This document shows positions 9,196-19,550 of a stretch of DNA of 64,000 nucleotides, piece after piece; the stretch's first letter is position 1, and the number at the start of each line of letters is the position of its first letter. The DNA lies in NCBI GenBank assembly GCA_951813565.1, contig OX638351.1, forward strand, positions 4,512,001 through 4,576,000, in the 5' to 3' direction. The notes under the pieces were generated by a model, which had not been told where the DNA came from, searched no databases, and saw only the letters and a program-made list of their open reading frames with translations. Position numbers and translations under genes: made by a program. The stretch is from an uncultured Poribacteria bacterium. Its GTDB lineage: Bacteria > Poribacteria > WGA-4E > WGA-3G.

Positions 9196-10101
9196 TTAGG
9201 TAGGGGCTACATTTATCTCAATATCAGGACTTTCTTTACGTATCCGGCGATCAAAATAAAGAAGCGTTGTCCCAATCACCCAAATTGGCAAGACGAGTGC
9301 CTTAAGAATTAGGTCGGAGCCCGTCATAATTACATAAAAGAAAAAGTTACTGGTATCAAGGACTTTTTCCATTACTGACCATTCTATAATACTTCTTAAG
9401 TCAGTATTACCAGCGAATTTTGCGAAAATGAAGATGAATCCGAGTGATACCTTGAAGATGACTGCAATCGCGTAACTTGATAGGATAATTAAGATTAGCA
9501 TTCCGAACACCTGCCACCACGAGCCACGAACGAGTTCATTGCTCCGTTTGAGAGCATATCCGACACGCGGTTCTTCAAGTAGGACAATTGGTAAGTGAAA
9601 TACCCAACATATCATAAAATAGATAGATACTGGGAAACCGATAAATGCTAAAAGTATACCAAATGGTCCTTGACGCACCATAAGTAGCATTGCAGACATT
9701 AAGCTCATGAGTGTAATCGCTGCGACTAATCTCCATATTAGGTGACTCCCAAGCATTGGGAAAAACCGCTGAAATACCTGCCGTAGTGCAGCACTACTTG
9801 TAATGTTGCCACCTAAGTAAGTCGTGGCACTTGCCAAGACAATCCCGCCAATGCTTACCATAGCAAAAGGAATAGCAGTGAGGGTTGGTATGAGTGCTTT
9901 TTGGATAGTTCCTGATATAAACCCTTTTAGAGAATATTCAATTAGAATTGCAAAGAAATAAATACTCGCTATCCCCATAAATAGTAAGAAGTGTCTTCTA
10001 TACAAACTGAAATTTGTATCAAGAATGTCACCAACGCCCATTGGTTGGAGTTTAGATGTATCATTTATATTTATGTGGGATGTGTCATTTGAGTCTAACA
10101 T
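9196..10101 (-). CDS. Integral membrane protein (GDPD membrane-anchor-like)
   Basis: PMGVGDILD...ALKRSNELVRGSWWQVFG...TLLYFDRRIRKE pattern with about 6 TM segments. Confidence 0.7.
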   Translation of the reverse strand: MLDSNDTSHININDTSKLQPMGVGDILDTNFSLYRRHFLLFMGIASIYFFAILIEYSLKGFISGTIQKALIPTLTAIPFAMVSIGGIVLASATTYLGGNITSSAALRQVFQRFFPMLGSHLIWRLVAAITLMSLMSAMLLMVRQGPFGILLAFIGFPVSIYFMICWVFHLPIVLLEEPRVGYALKRSNELVRGSWWQVFGMLILIILSSYAIAVIFKVSLGFIFIFAKFAGNTDLRSIIEWSVMEKVLDTSNFFFYVIMTGSDLILKALVLPIWVIGTTLLYFDRRIRKESPDIEINVAPT

Positions 10102-10151
10102 ATGTTTTCCATACAGCAGGAATATGATCTCGTTCAGTTAGATTACATTTA

Positions 10152-11149
10152 TTACTGTCCATTTTTAATTTGAGCTTGTTGATATTCATAGTGTGCATTT
10201 TGGACATCTTGCCGAGCATTTAGGGTAAATTGAACAGTGGTTGTCATTTTGCCAATAACTTTTCTCAGTGGTTGTAAACCTGTTTTTCCATCATTAAGGC
10301 GTTGCATTTCTATGGTTAGTGCTTTTGTAACTTTGTTCACCTCAATGAGTATTCCAAACAACTGGGTGTTCACATTAATATTTTTTTCAATCAGTGATTT
10401 AAGTTCTGCGTCCTGTTGATTGAGACGTTTAAGTTCCGCGTTGCGTGTTTTTATCCCCTCGGTTGCAGCAGTTAGCGCATCGCTTACCTCGGTGTTCATT
10501 TCAATGAATATCTTAAAGTCTTCCTTTATACTTTTATTTATTTCTTCAAGAGTCTTAATCAGTTCGCTGGTCGGTGCAATAAGTGTTTTGTATTGTGCTT
10601 CTTCAACGTTTACGGTGTATGTTGATCATTCTGTGCATTTATAGCCCTTTCTAACGTATTGAGTGCCTCAATTGCCTCATTAAGAATCTGGGATGACTGA
10701 TATTGTTCCTTTTCATTTTTTGCAGGTTGTGTGTTACCGTTGGTTGCTTTGTTTGTTTTCTCAATTCCCTGGAGAACTTCAATCGCAGTAACCGTCTTAG
10801 AGATAGCAGTAACCGCCTTGCGTTGTAGCTTTTCATCGTTGACTCGTTTAGTTTCTTGTATCAGGACTCGTATGGCCTTGATCGCCTTTGTAAAGTTATC
10901 AGAGAGATGTTCAATCTTTTCGTTTACCGTTCTGGTTGTCTTAAGTACTTTTTGGATAGCATCGGTTGTCAGTTTAAGGTGTGCACTTTCCTTTTTTATC
11001 CGTTGGAAACCTTCGTTGAGCCGTTCTTGTAGTGCCTGTTCATTTTTAGCAGGTTGGGTGGTAGGTTTAGGTGTATAAATGACGACAATTATCATCACTA
11101 ATATGGAAATAGTTATAGCACCAACAACTTTTACTGTTTTACTATTCAT
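10152..11149 (-). pseudogene. Membrane-anchored coiled-coil protein split by a frameshift near 10620
   Basis: The frame of ORF 10152-10499 stays open back to about 10625 (YTVNVEEAQYKTLI...), overlapping the stop of ORF 10610-11149. Confidence 0.55.
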
Positions 11150-11176
11150 CTCTATGGCTTCCCTTTATTCCATTTT

Positions 11177-11310
11177 ATAGTGGATTCTACAATTAACTGG
11201 ACATATGAGCTGTCCGAGGGAACTCCGATTCCCGACTATTAGTGGTTTCATCGCGATTCGGAGATCGCTCCTACAGAATATATGTGAACTTATTTACATA
11301 ATTTACTATA
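11177..11310. mobile_element. MITE with TATAGT ends carrying REP-like hairpins
   Basis: tatagtggattctacaattaactggacat...ataatttactata. The left end matches the reverse complement of 35573-35601. Confidence 0.6.
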
Positions 11311-11367
11311 AATCAGAAAACCAGTGTATGAAGTGCTACCGTTTATTCAGACCAAAATTTAGCAAAG

Positions 11368-12207
11368 TTAAGACAAGTTTTTTTGCTCAAATTCCACAGG
11401 TGTCAAATACCCTAACGCTGAATGAGGGCGTTTGTGATTATACACTTGCGTAATAAAATGCCCAATGCGGGCTCTCGCTTCGTGGATGTTCTCATAGGCG
11501 TTGAGATGAACTTCTTCTTCCTTGAGCGTGCGGATAAGTCTTTCAGCATATCCGTTCTCCCAAGGACACCCTCTTCGGGCGACTGAAATCTCTATCCCAT
11601 GATACCTAAGCAGTGAGATATACGCATCTGAAAGATACTGAACGCCTTGATCAGAATGATGGATCTCTGGAACACTTTGACATAATGCTGTCTCTAAGGG
11701 TTTCAACGCCAGAGATTGCGTCAAGTGTCGACTGATATGCCACCCCCTGATCATGCGAGTGAAGACATCCATGAGCAGACAAACATAGATGAAGTGTCCT
11801 TTGAGACGGACGTAGGTAATATCGCCTACCCAGACCTGATCACATCGGGAGACATCAAGGTTTTCAAGGCGATTACCCCAGGGACGCACACCCGCAACGG
11901 ATGTCGTGGTTTGACAGACACGTTTGACAGAAACCGAGAGGTTGGCGGATTTCATCAATCGGGCAACACGCTTATACCCGATGGTGTATCCGCCACGCAC
12001 TAACAACTGTGTGATACGTCTATATCCGTATGTTGGATATAGCAAAGATAACTTCTCTATTTCATCCCGGAGGCCCGCTTCACACGGGTCCTGCTTGGGG
12101 TGATAATAGAGATTGCTTCGGTTGAAACCGAGCGTCTCACATATCTGCCGAACCGAAAAGTCTATCCGTAATGCTTCAACCATTTCTCGCTGCTCCATCG
12201 GGGTCAA
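11368..12207 (-). CDS. IS3 transposase OrfB (DDE/rve)
   Basis: WVGDITY, HHSDQGVQY, NGYAERLIRTLKEE and YNHKRPHSALGY. Confidence 0.95.
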   Translation of the reverse strand: MTPMEQREMVEALRIDFSVRQICETLGFNRSNLYYHPKQDPCEAGLRDEIEKLSLLYPTYGYRRITQLLVRGGYTIGYKRVARLMKSANLSVSVKRVCQTTTSVAGVRPWGNRLENLDVSRCDQVWVGDITYVRLKGHFIYVCLLMDVFTRMIRGWHISRHLTQSLALKPLETALCQSVPEIHHSDQGVQYLSDAYISLLRYHGIEISVARRGCPWENGYAERLIRTLKEEEVHLNAYENIHEARARIGHFITQVYNHKRPHSALGYLTPVEFEQKNLS

Positions 12208-12494
12208 CTCAAGTAAGTTGAGGCTTTTTTTTGGATGTCAAGTGCCAGGGTCAACCGCCCAACGAGTTGCTCAAGTTGGGCGATCCGATCCGCAGAGGCA
12301 TCAGACTGTTTATCAGCGGGTTCAAAGAGGGTCGCCGCATTTTCAAGAAGCTGTCGCTTCCACTTTGAAAGTTGTTCATCGCTGAGGCTATGTCGCCGAC
12401 ACACTTCTGCTTGGGAACTTTGACCGCTCAGTGCCTCAAGAACAACTTCGGCTTTAAACTCGGGAGTGAAGTTTCTTCGTTTTCGTTTCGCCAT
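12204..12494 (-). CDS. IS3 transposase OrfA (HTH)
   Basis: RRNFTPEFKAEVV...LSKWKRQ. An A-run frameshift window (CAAAAAAAG) lies near the 3' end. Confidence 0.93.
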   Translation of the reverse strand: MAKRKRRNFTPEFKAEVVLEALSGQSSQAEVCRRHSLSDEQLSKWKRQLLENAATLFEPADKQSDASADRIAQLEQLVGRLTLALDIQKKASTYLS

Positions 12495-12577
12495 CGGATA
12501 CTCCTTTCAAGTAGATGGATATTATACCATAATCTTGTCTTAGAGAGTGGCCCGAATTTCCGGTGGCAGTACAGTAT

Positions 12578-12639
12578 TATATGTCAAGTCTATTTGCATA
12601 TAGTAGCACTATATGTCAAGTCTATTTACATATAGTAGC
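12578..12639. repeat. Two-copy 32-bp tandem direct repeat
   Basis: tatatgtcaagtctatttgcatatagtagcac / tatatgtcaagtctatttacatatagtagc. Confidence 0.85.
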
Positions 12640-12669
12640 GTTTTTTGGATAAGGTAAGACAATTGTTGT

Positions 12670-14754
12670 TTAATCGATTCTTCTACGCTGATATAGAAAC
12701 CACTCCACAACTGTTAAAATAACAGCAAGAAACACCAAGTATATCCAAGGTGGATAACGGAAAAATGAACCGCCACCTAAAACTTCCGATCCTGCTAACA
12801 AGTCTTCAATTCCATCAGCGATACCTATATGAGATTCTGTTTCACTTGCGAGATTGACTGCCCAGAACTGTTTCTGAGCGTCTGCTTCTTCGTTGTCAGC
12901 TGCAGATTCATTTTCGTTATCGGTTGTAGATTCGTTTTTGTTATCATCTACAGGTTCATTTGAGGTGCTCAACTTATAAAAACCCGCATGTAGGGTTTGA
13001 TCAAAGAGTATCTCATCATTTTCAACAGGAACATCCCAGGTCTTGTCTCCAGGACCGGTAACTTTTAGTATTTTTTCTGTGTTTTCGGATGGGGTATCTT
13101 CATCCTGCTTAGCTTGTGCATCAGGAGTAGGCTGTGAATCTACCTTATATCGGAGGACTTCACCTGTATGGAGGTGATGTTCCTGTATCTCTTCGCTTTG
13201 TTGAAACCACTGGATTGTATTAGCGATTATAACAGGAAATGCGATACGTAATGGTAGGTCAGATTCAAGTATGTTAATTGCAGCAAAGACGATCTTTCGC
13301 TGCGGTGTAACATCAACAAACAATATAGGAGATTCAAACGAACGCGCAAGAATCTGTGCTGTGGAGGGCGGTGTAACCTCGTATGCTTCGCCTATTACGA
13401 CATTTTCCAAATGGACGTGACGCAGGATAGGATGTGTGTTATCCCAATCGGTGATAATAGGCGTTTCAAGTGCTTCTCCGATGTTCCACGTCGCAACAGA
13501 GTTGGTTCTGCTCTCATCAGGCGGGTTAGTGGTTTTGGGAGGATAGATAAACATATAATTTCCATCTCCAAGCGTTGTTGGACTGAATCGGTCGAAAATA
13601 ACAACTTGGGCATCTTTAGCAGCCACCTCATATTCTGCTGGGGTCATAACACTCAGATTTAGTTTTTCATCAACGGAAAGCGCTTTTAGGAGAAATGGAT
13701 TTTCATTTGTTACCAGCAACACAGAGATGAGTACACGTTTCGGTAACGTTGCGTAGGCAACATTGTCAGTAGGAAGCGCGTCTATGATGTCTAACACTGC
13801 TTTTAGTTCTCCACCTTCAAAAGTAAAATTGCTGAAAATTTCGGACTTTTTCTCACCAGGTGCAAGTGTGTAAGGACGAACATCAAAGAGACTATCGTTA
13901 AAATAGAGTTCTACACTGCACTTCTTTTCTTGATCTGAAGCGTTGACAACAGTCAGCAGTGTTTCGTAATCAAAGGCATTAACAATACTTTTTCGGACTC
14001 GAAATTGAGTGATGCCAACGTTATCGCTGTCTTCACCTATCCTGATAAGATGCAGTTTAATTTTTCCTTTTTCAGCAGGTTCTTCTTCAGTTGTTGTGTC
14101 TTGTGGAAGCGATTTTTGGAATTTTGCAAGGATTTCCTCAGAAATAGACTGAAAATCACTAAGGATAATAATTTCTGGGTTAGGTTTTGTTTGTGCGACA
14201 TCAAATGCTAAATCTACTCCGGACTTTAGGTCTGTCTTTACATCAGTTGGTTCAATCGATTCAATTGCTTGCCGAAGTGTTTTTTGATGGTTTGTAAAGG
14301 GCGTCCGAATTGTAGGACGAGTATGACAACTGATGACCGACATTTCGTCCATAAATCGCAGCCCTTTTACCATCTGTAGTGCTTGCTGTTTGGCGGAATC
14401 TAAACGGGATTCGGTAGCGGAATTATCAGGATTGAGATTCAGTACTGCATTCATACTTGCTGAGTGATCTATAATCAAAATGAGTTGTCGTGCGGATTTC
14501 GTTATGAATGCGAACTGTGGTCGTGCAATAGCAAGCACTAAAAGCGCAAGAAACAACAATTGCAGGAGTAGGGATAATAGATGTTTTAGCCTTTGGAAAA
14601 GAGAGGTCGTTTGTCTCTCTTTGAAAAGTTGTTCCCAGAACATCAACGTGGAGACAGGTTCGCGTCTTCGCCGCAGTTTTAGGATGTATAAAGCGATTAT
14701 AGGAATCGCAAGCGCAAGTAGGAATAGGGAGGTGGGCGTCAAAAAATTCATCAA
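12670..14754 (-). CDS. BatA/VWA domain protein
   Basis: N-terminal BatA double TM, MIDAS DHSASM, and C-terminal AVNL..ES plus TM VEWFLY. Confidence 0.88.
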   Translation of the reverse strand: MMNFLTPTSLFLLALAIPIIALYILKLRRRREPVSTLMFWEQLFKERQTTSLFQRLKHLLSLLLQLLFLALLVLAIARPQFAFITKSARQLILIIDHSASMNAVLNLNPDNSATESRLDSAKQQALQMVKGLRFMDEMSVISCHTRPTIRTPFTNHQKTLRQAIESIEPTDVKTDLKSGVDLAFDVAQTKPNPEIIILSDFQSISEEILAKFQKSLPQDTTTEEEPAEKGKIKLHLIRIGEDSDNVGITQFRVRKSIVNAFDYETLLTVVNASDQEKKCSVELYFNDSLFDVRPYTLAPGEKKSEIFSNFTFEGGELKAVLDIIDALPTDNVAYATLPKRVLISVLLVTNENPFLLKALSVDEKLNLSVMTPAEYEVAAKDAQVVIFDRFSPTTLGDGNYMFIYPPKTTNPPDESRTNSVATWNIGEALETPIITDWDNTHPILRHVHLENVVIGEAYEVTPPSTAQILARSFESPILFVDVTPQRKIVFAAINILESDLPLRIAFPVIIANTIQWFQQSEEIQEHHLHTGEVLRYKVDSQPTPDAQAKQDEDTPSENTEKILKVTGPGDKTWDVPVENDEILFDQTLHAGFYKLSTSNEPVDDNKNESTTDNENESAADNEEADAQKQFWAVNLASETESHIGIADGIEDLLAGSEVLGGGSFFRYPPWIYLVFLAVILTVVEWFLYQRRRID

Positions 14755-14793
14755 TCAATTTCAGATGGACAATCTTCGGTGAGAATTGATCCG

Positions 14794-15681
14794 TTATGTG
14801 ACAAAACCACCCATTCGGAAGATGCGTAGGATAAGTTCTTCAAAAGGTGCTTTTGTCATTGTCCGCACAATGCTGATCTCTCGCTGTGTACAATATCGGT
14901 CAATGTCATCACAATATTTCTTGAAAAGAGTTTGGTATCGTTTAATGTGATTTTCGTTGATGGTTACAGGTCGGAGTTGATTAGTTTCAACATCAACGAG
15001 ATGATAATCACCCAGCAGGTTGGGTTCAGCCTCCTTTTCATCAATGATGTGAATGACGAAAAGATCATGTTTTTGGAATTTCAACATATTCAGACCAGCA
15101 GTAAACCCTTTAGGGTCAAAGAGATCGGAGATTAGGACGACCAACCCACGTCTTTTGGTCATGTGAACAAAATTGTGGAATGCCTGTTCCAGATCGGTTT
15201 CTCCAGTACCATTAATCTGGTCAAGAAAATTGAGGACTGTAAAGATTTTGCCTTTTCCTCGTTCTGTAGGTAGCCGATTCATGTCGGTAGTATTAAAAGC
15301 AGTAATCCCGATGCGGTCAAGATTGGAGAGTCCGATGTAGGCAAGTGCTGCAGCAACACGTTTGGCATAAATCAGTTTCGGTAATTCGCCATAAGTCATG
15401 GATTGGCTTGCATCAACGAGGAAGTAGATGTGCAGGTCTTCGCGTTCTTCGTAGAGTTTTAGCAGAAGTTCGTCTAATCTTGCGAAGGCGTTCCAATCAA
15501 TATAACGAAAGTCATCACCGGCAGTGTAGTTACGGTAATCGGCAAATTCAACACTAACACCACGACGTGTGCTACGACGTTCAGCCTTAATTCGTCCAGC
15601 AAAAATCTTTTTTGAGACAATATACAGGTATTCCAGTTTTTTGAGGAAATCACTGTCAAACGCGGATTGTGTGTCATTCAT
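14794..15681 (-). CDS. DUF58 protein (MoxR-associated)
   Basis: EFADYRNYTAGDDFRYIDWN, DASQSM and ISDLF. Confidence 0.93.
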   Translation of the reverse strand: MNDTQSAFDSDFLKKLEYLYIVSKKIFAGRIKAERRSTRRGVSVEFADYRNYTAGDDFRYIDWNAFARLDELLLKLYEEREDLHIYFLVDASQSMTYGELPKLIYAKRVAAALAYIGLSNLDRIGITAFNTTDMNRLPTERGKGKIFTVLNFLDQINGTGETDLEQAFHNFVHMTKRRGLVVLISDLFDPKGFTAGLNMLKFQKHDLFVIHIIDEKEAEPNLLGDYHLVDVETNQLRPVTINENHIKRYQTLFKKYCDDIDRYCTQREISIVRTMTKAPFEELILRIFRMGGFVT

Positions 15682-15766
15682 AGGAAGACCTTATGCTGTT
15701 TTGGGATTACAAACCCGCTGAATGTCTTATGCGCATTCAGCGTTGACTCACTCCTACAAGAAGAAA

Positions 15767-16765
15767 TCAATCAATTACTTCCAACAGATGTTGGATGATT
15801 CCGTCTGGGTCAATGCCTTCAGCTTCGCCTTCAAAACTAAGAATGAGACGATGGCGTAGACTCGGCAGTGCGACTGCTTGGATGTCTTCACGTGCGACGT
15901 TATATCTACCATCAAGGATCGCACGCACCTTACTTGCAAGAATCAATGCTTGCGCACCACGAGGGCTTGAACCGTATCGGACATATTTTTTTGTCTGTTC
16001 TGGTGCATCTTCAGTTTCTGGGTGTGTTCCCATAACAATTCGTAATGCGTATCTACGTACGTCTTCTGCAACAAGGATGTCCCGAACAATCTGTTCTAAT
16101 TCGTTAATCGACTGACCATCGCACACCTTTTCAACAGCAGGCATTTCTCGCTTTGTGGTACGTTCCATAACAAGATCAAGTTCATCAAGAGAAGGAAATT
16201 CCACCTTGAGTTTGAAAAAGAAGCGGTCAAGTTGCGCTTCAGGTAACGGATATGTGCCTTCCATCTCTAAAGGGTTTTGAGTAGCCATCACGAAGAAAGG
16301 TAGATCCAGGGAGCGATGTTGTCCAGCAACAGTTACAGATTTTTCCTGCATTGCCTCTAACAGGGCAGATTGAGTTTTAGGGGTTGCACGGTTGATTTCG
16401 TCAGCAAGGACGAGATTTGCGAATATAGGACCAGGTTGAAATTCAAAGAATTTCTGTCCAGTTTCATCCTCAGCGACGATTGTAGTACCAACAATATCAG
16501 CAGGCATCAGGTCAGGTGTGAATTGAATACGATTAAATTCTAAGTCTAATACTTCTTCTAATGTACGGATCAATAATGTTTTGCCTAAGCCAGGAACTCC
16601 TTCCAATAACGCATGTCCTCCCGTCATTAAGCAAATTAAAACACCTTCAATAATTTCCTTTTGACCAACAATCCGCTTTGAGACCTCTTCTTGTATCTTT
16701 AGGAAGGTCTCTCGAAATTCATCATGTTTTTGTTCGACTTTTTCGGAAACATTTTGTTCGGACAT
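15767..16765 (-). CDS. moxR: MoxR family AAA+ ATPase
   Basis: GVPGLGKT, RIQFTPDLMPAD, DEINRATPKTQSALLEAM and ATQNPLEMEGTYPLPEAQLDRF. Confidence 0.95.
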   Translation of the reverse strand: MSEQNVSEKVEQKHDEFRETFLKIQEEVSKRIVGQKEIIEGVLICLMTGGHALLEGVPGLGKTLLIRTLEEVLDLEFNRIQFTPDLMPADIVGTTIVAEDETGQKFFEFQPGPIFANLVLADEINRATPKTQSALLEAMQEKSVTVAGQHRSLDLPFFVMATQNPLEMEGTYPLPEAQLDRFFFKLKVEFPSLDELDLVMERTTKREMPAVEKVCDGQSINELEQIVRDILVAEDVRRYALRIVMGTHPETEDAPEQTKKYVRYGSSPRGAQALILASKVRAILDGRYNVAREDIQAVALPSLRHRLILSFEGEAEGIDPDGIIQHLLEVID

Positions 16766-16797
16766 ATTTCCCTCTAATGGTAGTAGCACGTAGACAT

Positions 16798-16836
16798 TAA
16801 ATCACCGCAAAGATATATTATCTCTGCGGTGATTTA
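16798..16836. terminator. Intergenic stem-loop
   Basis: taaatcaccgca...tgcggtgattta forms a 12-bp stem. Confidence 0.45.
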
Positions 16837-16850
16837 CATGACAACTCGGT

Positions 16851-18338
16851 TTACTCATCAGTTGGTTTAATCGATTCAAAATAACGTTTCACATAGAACT
16901 TATATCCGAGAGGGATCTGTTCTTCAGTGAGTGCATCTTCAGAAAGTTTTTGATACTTCATATAAGCATCTTTGTAACTGAGACCAGATTCTTGTCCTTC
17001 TGCCGATGCTTTGGAGGTTTGAACGGTTGAACTGCCTTCACCTTGAACACCTTTGAGCTGTTCAAGATTAAGAGTAGAATCGAGGGAAGTTTGTTCTCCA
17101 AGTTGGGTCTTAGAAGTCTTATTAGCTACACCCTCACCCGGTTTATTAGATAACAAATTTGTTAATCCCGTGGCAGAATTTATCCCTTTGGCGTTGCAAG
17201 CCCCTGCGATACCTGCTTTGCATGCCTCACATTCGGACAATAATTTTGCCAACCGTTTGTTGCGATTCAGGAGGAGATCAAAATCACGGATCTTTTTACC
17301 GGAAGCGCGCAAGCCTTTTTGAGCTCCTTCGCCATCGTTTCCTTCAAGTGATTCCCCCGCACCAGATAACCCGCTCCCAAGTCCGTCAAGATCAGTATCT
17401 TTGAGGCTTTTGCCAGCGCGTTTGAGTTCGTCAGACAAATTCTGGCGTTTTTCTTGGTCATACTTCGGGACATCTGCTGCCACTTTGTCAAGTTTGTCAG
17501 CTGCTTCTTTGTAGTCCCCGCGTTTTAATTGTTGTCCGAAATCACCGAGGATCGGATTTCCGATGAACTGTTGTCCGAGCCCCTTCATTAACTCTTCCTG
17601 CTGTGCCATTTTAAGTGGATCAGTTTTTGTCTTCAACAGCGCAGTCAATTCGGTCATTCTTGCGAGAGCGTCCTTAGGAGCAATCTGAGGTTTTTTCAAT
17701 TCAAGTGTTCTTTCCTCAATCTCCTTCAAGATTTCTTTCAGTTCTTGGTCTTCGTCCTGTTCAGCTTCTTTTTTAGCCTCTTCAATCTTTTTCAACAGCG
17801 AGTCGGCTTCTGCAGCAATTTGCGGTGAAAAGTCAATTTCTGTTGAGGTTGCTGGCGGTGCAAAAAACTCTATAAAAGAGAAAGTAATCAGAAAGATGGC
17901 GACAATAGCAATAAATTTGGTTTCACGCGGCACAGTATATCGCGCAACCTGTTTTATAGGGATTGCTTGCAGCCTTTTTGAGGTATCTTGAAGTTGAAGA
18001 GCAGTCAACGTTTCATTGGTATTACGTTGAATCTGTTCAAGACCACTGACAACACGGTCCTTTAGAGACGCGTCTATATCTATTGCGCGGGCTGCTTCGT
18101 GTAGATTGACTGGTCGAATAAGACGGACAATTAGAGTGATCACTGCAACGCCACATGCAACCAAGAGGAATACAAGTGGCGGAATGTTAAAGGATGTTAC
18201 AACGCTATCTACGATAACTACCGGCACACATACCAAAAGTCCAAAGAATAGAAACGTCGCGAGTGTTTGAAAATATCCTTGGACGTTCAAACGGCGGCGT
18301 ACGTGAGAAATTTTTTCGAGAATCAATTTTTCCTGCAT
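16851..18338 (-). CDS. Membrane-anchored coiled-coil protein of the MoxR cluster
   Basis: Three TM segments, LKDRVVSG and C-terminal EQIPLGYKFYVKRYF. GGAGG precedes MQEKL. Confidence 0.75.
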   Translation of the reverse strand: MQEKLILEKISHVRRRLNVQGYFQTLATFLFFGLLVCVPVVIVDSVVTSFNIPPLVFLLVACGVAVITLIVRLIRPVNLHEAARAIDIDASLKDRVVSGLEQIQRNTNETLTALQLQDTSKRLQAIPIKQVARYTVPRETKFIAIVAIFLITFSFIEFFAPPATSTEIDFSPQIAAEADSLLKKIEEAKKEAEQDEDQELKEILKEIEERTLELKKPQIAPKDALARMTELTALLKTKTDPLKMAQQEELMKGLGQQFIGNPILGDFGQQLKRGDYKEAADKLDKVAADVPKYDQEKRQNLSDELKRAGKSLKDTDLDGLGSGLSGAGESLEGNDGEGAQKGLRASGKKIRDFDLLLNRNKRLAKLLSECEACKAGIAGACNAKGINSATGLTNLLSNKPGEGVANKTSKTQLGEQTSLDSTLNLEQLKGVQGEGSSTVQTSKASAEGQESGLSYKDAYMKYQKLSEDALTEEQIPLGYKFYVKRYFESIKPTDE

Positions 18339-18602
18339 GAAGTATGCCTCCTGTTGACCATAGTTCAACTCTAAATTGGAAACTTTTCTTAACAAGATTG
18401 TAACTTATGAGAAAAACGTTATTAATCTTGTCATGTGAAAGCCATCAAATGCTGTGTTATTTTTTGGTTTGTTAATAGTGTACTATATTTTTCATTATTA
18501 AGTCAAGTTGTTTTATAGTGAAAATGGTATAAGTTCTTTTGACAGATTATTAATTACGTGTTAAACTGTTTTACGTGAACATTGAGTTAGAAGGAGCAGC
18601 CG

Positions 18603-19535
18603 ATGGCTTACAAAGAACTTGCTACGAAGAAACCGTTTATTGTTAACAAAAACCTCGGTAGTCCTGTTGAGGTAGAACCTGAAGAATTGACACAGACCAA
18701 TGCGGATGGATTACCTGTGGTTATCCCTACGCAAAAACAAAAATATGACTTTGATCGTAAAGGATGGCTGTTAATTCCAAACATCTTATCTGGTGCAGAA
18801 ATAGTTGAGATGCGTGAATTTTGTGAACGCTTGAACGCTGAACCTGACAGCATTCCTGAGCCGCAACGTTGCGCCCTTGGTGGTCCATTACAAAGGCTTG
18901 CCGATCATCCAGTAGTTGTAGGATTTTTGAACGAATTTTTGGCATACCCACCCGCTGCCAGTGAAGATTGCTATGGATTTCGACTGGAAGAGACAGAAAT
19001 GATTTTTGGTGTAGAAGATAAAAAAGTTAAAAATCAGTTTACATCTCAGAAAGGAAACGGCTTATTCCGATTACCCGGCGATTCTCATATTTACCGATGT
19101 GTTCCTGGGCGTGGATGGAGTGGATTAACGCGCGCTATTTGGGAATTATCGGAGGTCAATGCAGAGACAAATAGTTTTCAGTTTATAACAGGCAGCCATA
19201 AAGCAGCATATACAGCACCACAGGCAGTCCATAATCTAAATTCACCGCTCTGGGACACTTATGAATGTCCTCCAGGGTCACTTTTCCTTCTTACGGAATC
19301 AATCACACAGATGCATGGACAGGCAACCTCTAATTCCACAAGTATTGACCGTATGTCTGTCTCTAATTTATACAATACCGTAGCAAGCCGTTGGTCTAAT
19401 TGGATGCCGCATCCTGAACTTTTGGAAGCAATGCCATCCAAACGGCAAACACTATTTAGAGAAACTTACGCAGGCGGCAACGTTATCAACGGTGATTTTG
19501 GTAATCGCACTTCTGCATATCCTATGCAAATTTAA
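18603..19535 (+). CDS. PhyH-like Fe(II)/2OG dioxygenase homolog lacking the aligned His ligands
   Basis: FDRKGWLLIP, GSHK and CPPGSLF align with the downstream paralog, but both His ligand positions are Gln. Confidence 0.8.
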   Translation: MAYKELATKKPFIVNKNLGSPVEVEPEELTQTNADGLPVVIPTQKQKYDFDRKGWLLIPNILSGAEIVEMREFCERLNAEPDSIPEPQRCALGGPLQRLADHPVVVGFLNEFLAYPPAASEDCYGFRLEETEMIFGVEDKKVKNQFTSQKGNGLFRLPGDSHIYRCVPGRGWSGLTRAIWELSEVNAETNSFQFITGSHKAAYTAPQAVHNLNSPLWDTYECPPGSLFLLTESITQMHGQATSNSTSIDRMSVSNLYNTVASRWSNWMPHPELLEAMPSKRQTLFRETYAGGNVINGDFGNRTSAYPMQI

Positions 19536-19550
19536 CGAAGGTATCCATAA

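Larger units (their letters stand above)
11329..12573 (-). mobile_element. IS3-family insertion sequence (1245 bp)
   Basis: TG...CA ends, imperfect IRs (TGAAGTGCTACCGTTTATTCAGACCA vs TGTACTGCCACCGGAAATTCGGGCCA), 3-bp TSD GTA, and orfA plus orfB. Confidence 0.93.
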
